From positions 81,654,001 through 81,718,000 of the forward strand of contig OX597821.1 of assembly GCA_951406725.2 (NCBI GenBank): a DNA stretch of 64,000 nucleotides, written 5' to 3'. Below the pieces are notes generated by a model, which worked only from the letters and a program-made list of their open reading frames with translations, had not been told where the DNA came from and searched no databases. Shown piece after piece: positions 40,004-53,215 of the stretch (within the stretch, counting starts at the first letter, position 1; every line of letters starts with the position of its first letter). Position numbers and translations under genes: made by a program. The DNA is from Octopus vulgaris. Its lineage: Eukaryota.

Positions 40004-40007
<4 letters not shown>
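39749..40007. repeat. About 260-bp AT-rich imperfect palindrome
   Basis: Arms of ~130 bp centred at 39879 (ACAT-A-ATGT). Confidence 0.9.
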
Positions 40008-40038
<31 letters not shown>

Positions 40039-40796
40039 GGAATGATAACATCTGGCTGTGGTGTAATTTTCTAAGGAATCCTAATCAAATGTTTAGGTAT
40101 TGCACAGCATTAATGTTTTTGTCAATATGAGTTATTTTCTAAGAGTTCCTCATATCAAAAAGCATCTTTTTGCACCATTTCTATGGGGCCTTTTTCTGTT
40201 TTTTTTACTCAAGGATCTTCTAACTGATGTAAACATAAGAGTTGTCTTCTTTAAACACCAAATGTAATTTGACAAAGTTATAGCATTCTTTCCTTTAACA
40301 TGCTTGAATGATGAAACGCAGTTGAAGTAGTGTTGTTAAAATCTGCTTTTTATCATATCTATATATAAATTTACACTGTCAATTAGTCCAGTTTCATAAA
40401 GGTAACTTTTGTATACTATCAATTGAACATTATACAAAGCAGGGCATGCTTTGATATTTCTACAAATGCAGTTTGCCTTGGGTGTTTTTGTTGGCTTATT
40501 CACACAGCTATAATTGACTTTTAAACAGTTCCAATTAAAGAGTTTCCTGTGGCAGAGATGCAATGGGAAACGTTTATCTATAAGGATTACAAAACTTTTG
40601 GTGATATTTAACTTGTTGTTTAAGTTAAAGAGGTGTGTGAACCATATAATGTTACAGAAACTCTAAGATGGTAGAAGGTTGGCATTGGTGAGATATAAGT
40701 AATTTAGTAAATCCACTGTTTGCAAATGCACAATTGTCATAAAAGATTGCCTTATTTGGAGAAAGATTGGAGATGATTCTACTTCATGCTAAGTTT

Positions 40797-41164
40797 TTAT
40801 CTTTATCTTTTACTTTTTTCAGTCATTAAACTGTGGACATGCTGGGGCACTGCTTTGAAGAATTTTAGTCGAACTTATCAACCACAGTACTAACCACTTT
40901 TTCGTGAAGCCTGGTACTCATTCTATCAGTCTCTTTTGCTGAACCGCTAAGTTATGGAAATGTAAACACATCAACACCGGTTATCAAGCAGTGGTGGAGG
41001 ACACACACACACACACACGTCCAGCTTCTTTCAGTTTCTGACTACCACTACTCCCAAGGCTTTGGTCAGCCCGAGGTTACAGTGGAAGACACTTGCCTAA
41101 GGCACCATGCAGGGGGACTGAACCTGAAATCATCTAGTTGGGAAGCAAACCTCTTACCACACAG
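40797..41164 (-). mobile_element. SINE family A, older copy
   Basis: Similar to 2040-2390 and 17636-17992. Confidence 0.82.
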
Positions 41165-43396
41165 AAAGATTATTGACATGTGATGAGAGTAAATATTGAT
41201 GTGAAATTATCATTAGGTTTATTATATGGTTTATGTCCATTCTAAGCTGGGAGTGACATCAAGGCTTTTTATTATACTAACGTTAGTGGTCATTATAGTA
41301 ATTTGAAGGTAATAATGAATATTCTCCTAAATACATATTATAAATGTTCACTGGCATCTTGTGATGCATCCAGAAAATTTCCTTTATATAACCTGATAAC
41401 AATTAAGATAATTTACTCCTTGAAAATATGATCCTTTCACTGCTGTACCCAACTTGTATATTCTCTGTAAGGATCATAAACTCCAAAATAATTTTACAGC
41501 TGAGCTTGTAATGTAGGGTTATTGAAAGTTTAACGCTTTGTCAGGGAACATGTAATATGTGGCCATTGCAGGAAACGAACTGTCGATTCATTACCCAGCA
41601 AGCTAGCGTTTTATCGATTCAACTAGCTGTGACTTCACAACCTTGTACGCACGATAAACAAAATTCAAATTAGCCAATAATAGCTGTAGTTTTTATTACA
41701 AAGAAAGTTAATGAATACATACATAAATAAATAAATGCATACATAAATATCAGTGAATTCTGTGAAAGTAAGCAGATAGTTGATGGCATTTGTGGCACTA
41801 CGAGAAAGGGGATCAATAATGAAGTAATAGGAAAACACATGGCAATGAAAAAAATAAAATACATCTATAACCAGAGAGAAATAAGTGAGTTAACAGTGAC
41901 AACAATGTCAGTGTTGTCCAATGCTGTGCTTTCAACTGTGGCTCACCAGTTTTCGTGAAAACACATTTCACGTTTAATCAGTCAACAACAAAAAGACAAA
42001 TACTGATAACTTCTCAGTCAATGGGAAGTGATGAATATTGAACGAGCAGAGAGGAAATCTATTGTACAGTTCATTATTAAACACTTACTAAGCAGCAGCA
42101 GCAGCGGTGGCAGAAGCAATAGAGGGGGGGGGGATGGTAATGTGGTGTGGTAGGGTGGCGAACTGCTGGCATACCGGATGGAAGAGGGTGATGGTGAGGA
42201 CTTCTTTTCTTTTTTGCTCCCTAATTCTATACATTTCTATACAGTTGTGGAAAAACTTTTGTTAGAAATGGTTTATTATGGGGCCCTTAACTGAGCGTTG
42301 AGTGTAAGGTGATGAGATCATGGGTGTCACTACTTGCACCATTGATTACAGGGTAGGGACTGCAAATTGCCAGTGATTGCATTGAAGTGGGGTGGATGGT
42401 GTTGGCATTATCAGTAGTTGGAAAGCCAAGCATTGAAGAGGGGAGGGAACAGCGAGGTGTTTGTGTGCAGTGCACATGTGCATGCATGCATACATGTGTA
42501 TGTGCATGTGTGCATAAGGGAACCAAATGATAAAAGATTGATAAGATTTTAGGTGAAAGCTATTCAAACAAAATGCTATTGATATTCATCCCAAGTCAGC
42601 AAATACCGGACTATTATACACGGTTACGATATAGGGTGATGCTACACTTTGATAGAAATGATAGGTTTAATCCATCATTCAGTCTATTAACCCCCACCAC
42701 TGCCACCACCAACTTGAGCCTGGATGCCTCCAGTAACATCCCCTCTGTTGCAAACATTCAGGTCTGGTCTCCAATCAGAGGATCCTTCCTTCCTTCTCTC
42801 CTTCCTTCCATCAGTATTGGAGGTTCAGAGAAATATCAGGAATACTGTGCTTCCTCCTCTGACTAATGCGGGTTAAGAAAAAGTGATGGCACTCACTGAT
42901 TACAAAATAACAAACACTGCTGTACGTAGTGATACATATTGGCACTGGTACAAGACCCAGTACACACTGCCATACGTAGTAGAAGACATCACTATACATG
43001 TAGTGGTACACTACTGTAGTAGTAGTAGTAGTAAAGTTTCACTCTAAAATGGCCTTGATGTAACATGTTATGTGATCAAAGATGCTCAAGCCGTGACTAT
43101 CAATACAGATAAAGCACATCAAGGATTACAGTTCAATGTGCCTTACTGCTTTAAATGTAATGGTATACAGTAGTAGTAGTAGTAGTAGTAGCAGCAGCAG
43201 CATCATCAAGGGCTACACAGTCCAAAGTGTTTCACCTTTCATTTTTTGAGATGGCAGGGTGTGTTTTCCTTTGAAGACTTAGCTACTATTTTTATTTCTT
43301 TTTTTTTTTATATTAATCAAGAGACCCATTTCAGAGATTCTCCTCAATGGCTTGGCTGTACAATTGGTAGTACATATTGGTACTGGTAAGAGGCAG

Positions 43397-43440
<44 letters not shown>

Positions 43441-44402
43441 CACAGTGGTACAGGTGACAGTAAATATTTATATAGGCTACATCAATACCATAACAGAGTA
43501 GCATGGCAATACCACAACAATCAGAAGTAAACAGAACAGCTCTGGAAACACCTCCACCACCACCACCACCAACAACAACAACATCCTTGCCTCAACAGCA
43601 GAATTACTTCACACACCCAACAACAGTAATATTATACCAGGGTTGAAATCTTCTCAGTTACTTTAGATGGATAGATAGACGGATGGATGAGTGGAGGAGT
43701 GGGTGGAATTGGAGAGAGAGGGGTGATGGGGGATGAGGAGAAGAGAGGGAGAAAAGAACAAGAAGTGGGAAATAAAATGAAAAATGAAGAATATAGATAA
43801 GATAGCTCTCACTATAGGATGTCAACTTTCTTAAAATCTGAAATTAGAGATATCAAGGCTAAGGCTGAAGTGGGACTTCATAGCAAGTATCTAATCATTA
43901 TCAGCAGTATTATCACCAACATCATCATCGCAGCAGAACTGGTAAGGTGAAGGACTAAATACCTTGTGGTATTCACTTAAGTTCCTTTATTTACAGCCAT
44001 AGTTCAAATCCCATCGGATTTGACTTCTCATCTCATCTCATCTCTCCCCAGTTCAGTAAACCTAAGCAGTAATGTACTGGGCCAATTGAGCCACATGAGG
44101 TGCAATGGCTACAGCAGCAAATGTTGCTGGCCATTCTCCATGACAACGCCATCGCAGTAATGTGGGGCGCAGATGAATATGCCATTTATTCTAGGGTGCA
44201 TGGCCCACCTGCCCCCTTCATCCTCAGTTGGTTAGACTCCACCCACTAACTTTTTTCTTTTTCTATTTCTTTGTTTCCTTGTAATTAAATAGTAATAAAT
44301 AAAAAATTATCATTAAAATTAAATTAGTTATATAGCTTCTCTACCAATTTGTGGCAATGAACTAATGTTTACAAACATCATTGCAAGATTATATATATAT
44401 AT

Positions 44403-44697
44403 AGCATGGCACCTTGGGCAAGTGTCTTCTACTATAGCCTCGGGCCAACCAAAGCCTTGTGAGTGGATTTGGTAGACGGAAACTGAAAGATGCCCGTTGT
44501 ATATATGTATGTCTTTGTTTGTCATCCAACATTGCTAGACAACCGATGCTGGTGTGTTTACGTCCCCATAACTTAGCCGTTCGGCAAAAGAGACCAATAG
44601 AATAAGTACTAGGCTTACAAAGAATAATTCCTGGGGTCAATTTCTTAACTGAAGGTGGTGCTCCAGTATGGTCACAGTCAAATGACTGAAACAAGAG
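44403..44697 (+). mobile_element. SINE family A, 5'-truncated next to (TA)n
   Basis: Matches the 4376 copy from TGGCACCTTGGGC onward. Confidence 0.88.
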
Positions 44698-44864
44698 TAT
44701 AGCCTAAACATTGATAATGTCTAGAAAGTAGCTGAGAAAACATAGATGCATGTATGTTGTGGGGATGATGGGGAAGAAGTGAGACGGAAGCTGAGAGAAG
44801 TGATGAGAAGAGAGGTGAGAGAAGGAGAGTTAGAGTAAGGAGGAAGAGGAAAAGAAATCATCAA

Positions 44865-45345
44865 CGTTATCATAGTTTTAATGTCAACTTTTCTGTGCTT
44901 GTATAGTTAGGGCATATTCTATTGAGGCAGATTTTCTACAACCGAATTCCCTTCCTGTCGCAAAACTTCACCTGCTTCTCAGCAAGGTAAAACCTCCCTA
45001 TAGGCAGGTGTATTTCCATAGAATATTGGAAATGAATGTCACTGCTTGTCAATATTGACTCTCATTAGCACTATCATGTGATGTCAAGCCAAGGAAAACA
45101 AACATACAAACACTCATACATACATATACAAATATATATAGGTGGTATCTATATCTCTATCTATCTATATATATATGTACACACATGGACACACATACAA
45201 AACAGACTCCTTTCAGTTTCTGCCTACCAAATCCACTGACAGGTTTTGGTGGCACAGGGCTAAACTAGAAGATACTTTCCCAAGGTGCTATACAATGGGA
45301 CTGAACCTGAAATCATGTAGTTAGAAAGCAAGCTTCTTAATGCCT
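44865..45345 (-). mobile_element. SINE family E, old copy
   Basis: Homologous to 38215-38602 and 52794-53215. Confidence 0.7.
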
Positions 45346-46194
45346 GTGCATACATCTAAAATACCCATCCTCTCTTTGGCAATAAACTCTTAAAAATTAC
45401 AGGCAATTAAATTAATCAAAGGTCAGTCTTGATTAAGCAGACATGACGAAAGACATTCAAGCTGTGACCATCCCAACTATTTTTTATCTAGGAACAAATC
45501 ATCTCATATGTCCTTCCTTTGTTTTAAAACAGTAAAATGTTTTTTTGAGGGAGATTTGGCTGCTTTTGCTAACAGATCAAGCAGCAACACAAAAGCTCAG
45601 TTAGCATCCTTTAGATGGGAGCTTAACAAACCTATATTGGAGATTTACATAAAGAATGTAGAAATATTCCATCACAACTGGAATGGTGTCTCACTCTGCT
45701 TAATATAAATGGTGTAATCAACATACTTCATATCTGAAGAAAGAAGCGTTGGATCACATACTGCAAAGAAAGACTTGCTTCACTCAAAGAGCCAAAGTTT
45801 GCATCACATAAAGAGATTAGTATTGCTTTGTACATCTAAAGAAGAGGGCATAACACCACACAACTTAACTAGATATTATTATACCACAAACCTGAAGAGA
45901 AGTCTTATTCTACAACTCTAGAGATGTGTCTTACTCTACACACCAAAAGGTGGAGTTTTGTCCCGCTCACATAGAGAGCAGTGCCAAAGACATCCAAAAG
46001 AATCTTGTTCAAAACATCTAGAGATAAGCCTTACTCAAGACAACTGGAGACTACTTTTGCTCCAGACTCCTGGAAAAGTTTTGCATAAGACATCTGTAAT
46101 AGACTCCTGCTTTACAAAAAACCTTAAGTAGAATCCAGCTTTAAAAAATTTTGAGTGGACTCTTCTTCAATAAATCTATCCAGGCACACACACA

Positions 46195-46460
46195 CATGCT
46201 GAAGCATGGAATAAACCACCCGCATCAAATGTTAGCAGTCAGGACACTACATCCTTCAAATCTTCCATGCTTCCTCAAATACACCAACAGTACACCTGAT
46301 GTCCCCCACCACCACCACCACATATTTTTTCTAAACAACTCATTCTCTGTCTATTTTCTGTGCATTATTCTATGCACTGTTCATGCACTTTTGACTACTT
46401 CTGATAAGTTGTAGTGCACTTGAGCACCATATAAAATAAGTTCATTATTTCATTAATATT
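46195..46460 (+). mobile_element. CR1-like LINE 3' end
   Basis: GCTGAAGCATGGAATAAAC...CATCCTTCAAATCTTCCATGCTTCC; reverse complement of 28300-28620. Confidence 0.75.
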
Positions 46461-48062
46461 ATAATTCCACAAGAATCTATCATTGTACATAGATATGTAC
46501 GTGTGTGTGTGTGGCTGTCTATTCTATGTGTGTGTGTGTGTACATCTGAATGGCCATATAAGAGTATCTAAATGTTCCAGTAAGGGCAACTGCTGATTCT
46601 TGTGAGGTGAACATGCATGCTCTGAGTGCATGTACACATTCATACAAATGCATTTACGTTTTTTTTGAGTGATATGCATACTTTTCCAAATGTTTGTGCA
46701 AATACCTGTAAATGCATCAACATCTTCGGGTACATGTTCTTGTAAGTTTCTGCATGCTCTTGTGAGTGCATCTGCATATCATTGTGAATGCATTTGCAGG
46801 TTTTTAAGAATGAGTGCAACTTCATGCTCTTCTGAATGCATTAACATATTTTTGTTGGTGCATCTGCAAGCTTTTGAGGATGAGCGACACTGCATGCTCT
46901 TGTGAATACATTTACATGTTCCGGTACTTTTGTGCATGCATTGGCATTTCTGAATGCTCTTGCCAGTATTTGCATGCTTTTATGAAGCAGCAGCTTGTTC
47001 ATGTGCGTATGTCTGCATGTAAATATATGTGCATCTGAAAGTTGCTGTGTGGGTCTGCATGTTGTTTGAATATCTGTAAGTCTAACTGCACATTGTAAAA
47101 ATACATCACTATTTAAAATTCATAGCAATATTTTTATTATAAATCAGCAAATATAAATTCCTTACAGATGTGTTTAAAACTTAAATTTTATACTTTAGAG
47201 ACATTCTTTTCAGTTTTATGAGCAAAGAAGCTTAATTATATATTAGTAACTAATATATACATAATATATTAGTTTGGGTTACCTTGACCTAAACTCTTCA
47301 CATCTACTGTATATGTGTGTATGTGTATTTTATATACACACACACATACGTACATTAAAAATAGAACTTGTATTTTAGTCACATAAATAAATATCAGACA
47401 TGGGTTTTAGAGTATACAAATCTAATCCAAAAAGGCACCCACTAAAAATACTACCCAATAGTCCTCAAATCACACCCTACCACCTTAAAAGAACAGGGGA
47501 AGGACACATAGCAGAGTGCACTTCAAGATACCGAATGCCTGAAAGGACAAAACAGGTGTTGTGGTCATGGCTGGAACACTACTGATCTGCTGGATCAGAG
47601 TTGAAGCCAAACACTAACAATATATACAAATTAACTTTAACACATGCTTCATTATCCTGTCTAAGAATAACACACACGATTTTGGACAAACACATTAGAT
47701 TTCAAGATATTATAGATTCATAAACAAAAATTTCGTTCTAAATCTCTCACAGAGCAAAACAAATCATTTTCTCTTTCTGACATTGTCAAGTTTAGTGATG
47801 AACATTTCTTGGATTAGAAATTTCCTTTTTAGCATCTTTATGTTTATATTAGAACATGATTGATGCATTCCACAATTAAAATGTTGTGCTAAATATACAT
47901 TATGAACACACATTCATTATAAAGGAGAAGTTTTTGTTCTGTGATGAAACAACAGTGATTAACATATTTGTGTTTGAATCTACCTGAAAGCATTAAGAAC
48001 GAATATGCAAGGTAATGTTTTGATTCTTTCTGTTCACAATACACATGACAATCTGATATATA

Positions 48063-48425
48063 TGGCTGTGTGGTAAGAAGTTTACTTCCCAACCTCACAA
48101 TTCTGGGTTCAGTCCCACTCTGTGGCACCTGTCTTCTACAATAGCTTTGGGCCAACGAAACACTTGTGAATGGACTTGGCAGATGGAAACTGAAAGAAGC
48201 CTGTTGTATGTGTGTGTGTGAGCCTTTGCATTTATGTTTGTCCTCCACCACTGCTTGATGACCAGTATTTGTGTTTATGACCTTGTAATTTAGGAGTTTG
48301 GCAAAAGAGACCAATAAGTACCAGGCTCCAGAAAAAGAAGAAAAGAAAAGTATTGAAGTTGATTTGTTTGACTAAAATTCTTCAAGTCAGTGACCCAGCA
48401 CTAAAATAATTAAATGATAAAAGAT
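48063..48425 (+). mobile_element. SINE family A, older copy
   Basis: TGGCTGTGTGGTAAG head, GGGTTCAGTCCCAC B box. Confidence 0.82.
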
Positions 48426-48697
48426 ACCCTGTGAGCTACGATTGAACCTATGAAGCTAAGTTTTACCATTAAAGATTTCAATGCTTTTACCATGATACCA
48501 CAGTCATGTGGAAATAATGGTTAATGGGACAAATGTTATTATTATACAAGTGTACTGCAGCCAGATTGATCAAACATCACAATCTCACCCTTGTACCAAA
48601 AGAAGAGCCAGAGTTAACAGACAAGTCAAATGTTATCAAAGTACAGTAATATAACATCTGGAGGTTTGAGTAGAAGAAATTTATTTATGGTACTTAC

Positions 48698-48765
48698 CAA
48701 TAATCCTTTCCATGACATAGGTGAGGTCTAGCACCAACCGGTCTTCCCCAGCTGATTCTTGGCTT
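48698..48765 (-). CDS. TNS: Tensin exon, start of PTP domain (SQESAGEDRLVLDLTYVMERII)
   Basis: Acceptor TTTTTCGCTACAG, donor G|GTAAGT; 68 nt; LDLTYVMERII matches tensin/PTEN LDL(V/T)Y(V/I)xxxII; in phase with next exon. Confidence 0.93.
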
Positions 48766-50053
48766 CTGTAGCGAAAAAATAACAGCAAACAGTGAGTAGA
48801 GCAACAGGATCTTAGCTATAGTACAGTCTGCAGTATATTACAGTGTCACACAACAACAGAGGCAGCAGTAATATTAGTGATACTAGGTTGGGCCAGACCC
48901 TTTCAATTATCTCACTCACACATACATGCATCTATGTGGATGAGTGTCATTGCTCATATACAAACGTATGTAAGTATGTGACCTTAAGTAAGTGTATATG
49001 CATATATCTATATGTAAATATCTATGTATTTGTGTTTGAATATATGTGAATGCATGAATATGAGGTGGAAAAAAAATAGAGAGCGAAGCAGGAAAAGAAG
49101 GAGAAAAAATACAACTGGAAAGAGAACTAATGAACGAGAGGAATTATACGATGAAATAAGGGAAGTCGGATAATCTCTGGGTGTCTTTCTCCCATTTCTG
49201 CTAAATGCCAACTTGTTTTGTCTTTCACCAATAACTTCACTTAGAATGTCACCACCAATACAAACAGCTATTAACCACATTAGAACTTTTCAACTTTACC
49301 AAACCAGTTCTCTTTCTTTCTTTTTTCTTTTCAACATTCCTTTTTTCTTTTTTTATTAGAATAAAGAATTATATAATTTTGAAACATGCAGAGTGGAAAC
49401 AATTTACCAGTGATTTTCTTTTAAAACTATTATTATTATTATTAACATTATCATCAACCAAATTAAAATAGCTGCAGACTTGGTAGGTCAAGCAAACTTA
49501 TTATAGAGACATAAAACTAGTTTCTAGTAAATATATTTAAAATAAAAAGTCAATGAAATATATTTAAAAAAAAAAAAAGTATTTGATTTATGCAAAGTGC
49601 GATGAATAAAGTCAAACTGCATGGCAATTTTTGATTAAATCAAAAGCAGAGAAATCAATTAATTGGTAATTGACTGAGTGCTCCAGCTGGGAAACATGTG
49701 TAGGCGATGTAGTCAGACCATACCAACCATTACTGTGCAGTGTTTGTACAAGTGAATTTTGGTACGTGTGTGTGTGTGTGGATATATCTAACACACAAAC
49801 AATACAACTTATTGGATGAACTTATGAGTGCCTGACATGCTAAAATTAACAGAAAATTGCCACAAACAACGCCCTACTACTTTAAAAAACGAAGGTCACA
49901 TTTTGAAGGGCTTCAGTTGTCTTTTATCACTTTGATCAGTAGCTTTCTAGTGCTGCATGAGCTGACAGAACTATTTTTTACCCTCATTCCATTAGCTTTC
50001 ACATGTCCCACGCTTCAGTTTTGTACCCACTCATAAATTTTCATATATATAGT

Positions 50054-50453
50054 TCATACGTCAGTTGTGCTCAACAGCTGTTTCATTATGATAAACACTA
50101 CCAAATATATAATTATGTAATGATTCGTGATGATTTGGGTAAAGTTTTATATTCAAATTAAAGTAATTTTTAAAATGTGTTTAGAAGAATCATTACAAGA
50201 GGATGCTGTCTTTAAGGTTATTGCAAAAATCCTGGTTGGAGGCCCAACCTTCTGAGTTATTTTATAGGGCTTAGAAAACCTGAAGGATTGTCACAATAAG
50301 TATGTGCATCTGAGATGAGTATCATAATTAACTAATCCTCCTGTGTTTTCTTTTACACAAAACCAAGAACTTTTCAGCACCCACCAGTATGTGATTACAC
50401 ATTTGGTGGTGTTTATTTTAATGAAACAGCTGTTGAGCAAAACTAAAGTATGA
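50054..50453. mobile_element. Inverted-repeat element enclosing a possible mariner-like 3' remnant
   Basis: ~63-bp imperfect inverted arms; interior ends with AAGAACTTTTCAGCACCCACCAGTA, resembling a mariner TIR followed by TA. Confidence 0.55.
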
Positions 50454-50655
50454 TTTATACATTTTTGTGTTAAATATGTTGCTCTTAAAAGATAGTTTTA
50501 GCCAGTTACGTATATGCAAGCAAGTCAGTCCCACTTGGATTTACTGCAATGTAATTATGTAATTGGAGTTTAATAAGCAGTGATTAACGTAGCTGTAAAT
50601 TATGACAGGTTTATTCTTTGATGTCTATACATCAACTCACTCTCTCTCTCTCTGT

Positions 50656-50715
<60 letters not shown>

Positions 50716-50959
50716 AAATGTATGTATGTATATATATATATAGTCAATTCAAATAAATAATAAAATTAACACGAACAGGCAAGAGTATGCGCACAAGGAA
50801 TGCATTAGTTTCCTGCTCAGTAAAAGGAGAGAATTTTTGATGTTCTGAGCATAGCTCTTCATGCATAACACATATACTTTGATTGAATATTTGATGCACT
50901 CTCTCTGAGTTTTGCCTTACAATTCTTCAAAGTGCATGAAAATTTTGAAAGAATTGTAA

Positions 50960-51541
50960 AAGGCACTCAGAAAACTCTGTAAAGTAGTTGGCATCAGAAA
51001 GAGCATCCGACCATAGAAACTATGCCAAAACAGATGACTGGGGTCTGGTGCAGCCCTCTAACTTGCCAATTCTTATTAAACCATCCAACCCATGCCAGCA
51101 TGGAAAACAGATGTTAAATGATGATGATGGTGATGATATATATCCCTTTCTATTCTAGGCACAAGGCCCAAAATTTTTGGGGAGGGGCTGGCCAGTCGAT
51201 TAGATCAACCCCAGTACACAACTGGTACTTAATTTATTGACTCTGAAAGGATGAAAGGCAAAGTCGACCTCAGCGGAATTTGAACTCAGGACATAAAGAG
51301 AGAGGAAATACCGCTAAGCATTTTGCCCAGCATGCAATGATAATATATATCATCATAGGCAAAAGCAGATACAGCTTGGCACCAGTGACATCACAATTAA
51401 TTTCTACAGCTGAGTGTACTGGAGCAGTGTGAAATAAAGTGTCTTGCTCAAGAACACAACACACAGCCCAGTCTGTGAATCGAACTCACTACCTCATGAT
51501 TGTGAGCTGGATGCTCTAACCACTGAGCCATGCGTCTTCAC
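50960..51541. mobile_element. Cluster: RTE tail (+), SINE B (-), SINE C (-)
   Basis: Each block matches other copies in the window. Confidence 0.8.
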
Positions 51542-51717
51542 AAACAGACACACACACACACGAATGGTTTGTTTTCCATCTACCAAAACCACTCACAAAA
51601 CTTTAATTTGATCAAAGCTATAATAGAAGATACTTGCCGAAGGTGCCAAGCAGCGAGATTGAGCCCAAAACCATGTGGTTGGGAAACATATTTCTTAACC
51701 TCACAGCCATGCCTTCA

Positions 51718-51756
<39 letters not shown>

Positions 51757-52793
51757 ATGTGTGTGTGTGTGTGTGTGCACATCAAAGAAAGATTGGATGT
51801 AGGTTGGAAGTTAAATAAAAAAAAGAACTTAGAGACACTGGGTGAAAGAAGAGGAGCTGGTGTGTGAGGAGTATGTGCGGGAGGAATTTTATAGCTATTA
51901 GTCATAAGGCTAAAGCAATTACATTTTCTAAAACTGCAACAAAATTATTATCTGTACAAAATATGGCAACTGATTTTTTTTGTTTTTTGCTTTGGTACTG
52001 GTCAAGGGGACATAATTCACTGAGTTGACATTATTTGAATGGCAGCAAGTTCAGATATTCTTCAACTAGGAATTCCAAACCTTCTAAAATATACTGTTTT
52101 GATCTAATTTTGACTATTGATTATTTAAACAGATCTCAAAATTAAACTATTTCAGTCCTTATATCACTCACAGATACACATCAAAATAGCTGTTTAGCTT
52201 TTCACATTTCCCCATAATATTTATATCTGCACTCCTCCTGCAACTCCAAGAAAAAAATAATTAAGGTTGTGTTTTAACAACCAATTAATACGGCTACTTT
52301 ATTCAATCAAAGACTATCTTGTTTTAAGAACATTATATAAAATAATCAAAATATGATTTAATGCCTGTTTCAACATCCTTATATAATCTATTTTATTCTA
52401 CATCCATTTACCAATTTGTTCTTAATTTTGCAATTCTTTCATATTTTTAAAGTCTTTAGTTTCTTTTTTTTTTTTTTTACTCATTAACAATCAAAATATG
52501 CAAATATGCTTATCTTTACCTTCAACTCAACATAGTAAAACCTGAATATTCTAATATTCAGGAAAATATATACACACACACACCTATGTTATGTAAATTC
52601 TTGACTAAATACAACCATATACTCTAATCCTTAGTATTTCAATTATCAAATATAATTATTTCATCTGAAGTAAACCCTCAGTGAAACTTAGTTTTTCTTT
52701 TCTTCTTTATTTACCATAATTATATAGTCCCCAGGACCACCACCTAAATAAGTGACTAAATAAGTGACGCTACTTCATTAGATTAAACAATAC

Positions 52794-53215
52794 ATCATCA
52801 TTTTAATGTTCACTTTCTCCTGCTTGCAATGGGTGTGATAGAGTTTATTGAGGTAGATTTACTACAGCCGGTTACCTTTCTTGTCACCAACTCTCATTGA
52901 GATATATCGCCAGCAAGGTAATATATCTCAATGGCCAGGCATACTTTCATAGAATATTGGAAATGAATGATACTGCTTGTCTGACAGTAACACTCATTTA
53001 CTATTATCATGCAAGTCAAAAGAAGGTGACACAAACATTCAGACGCTCACACTCTCTCTTACATATATATGTGTGTACACATACACACACACACACACAC
53101 AACAGGCTTCTCTTAGCTTCCATCCACCCAATTCACTTTACAAAGCTTTGGACAAGGCTCAGGGCTACAGTAGAAGACACCCAGATTGCTACACAGTGAG
53201 ACTGAATCCAAAACC
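52794..53215 (-). mobile_element. SINE family E, old copy
   Basis: Homologous to 44865-45345. Confidence 0.7.

Noticed and set aside
7186-48765. Calling the gene PTEN, VSP/TPTE or auxilin/GAK
   Set aside because: [29 protein letters not shown] and KCYHKK are tensin-type, and no voltage-sensor exons were seen
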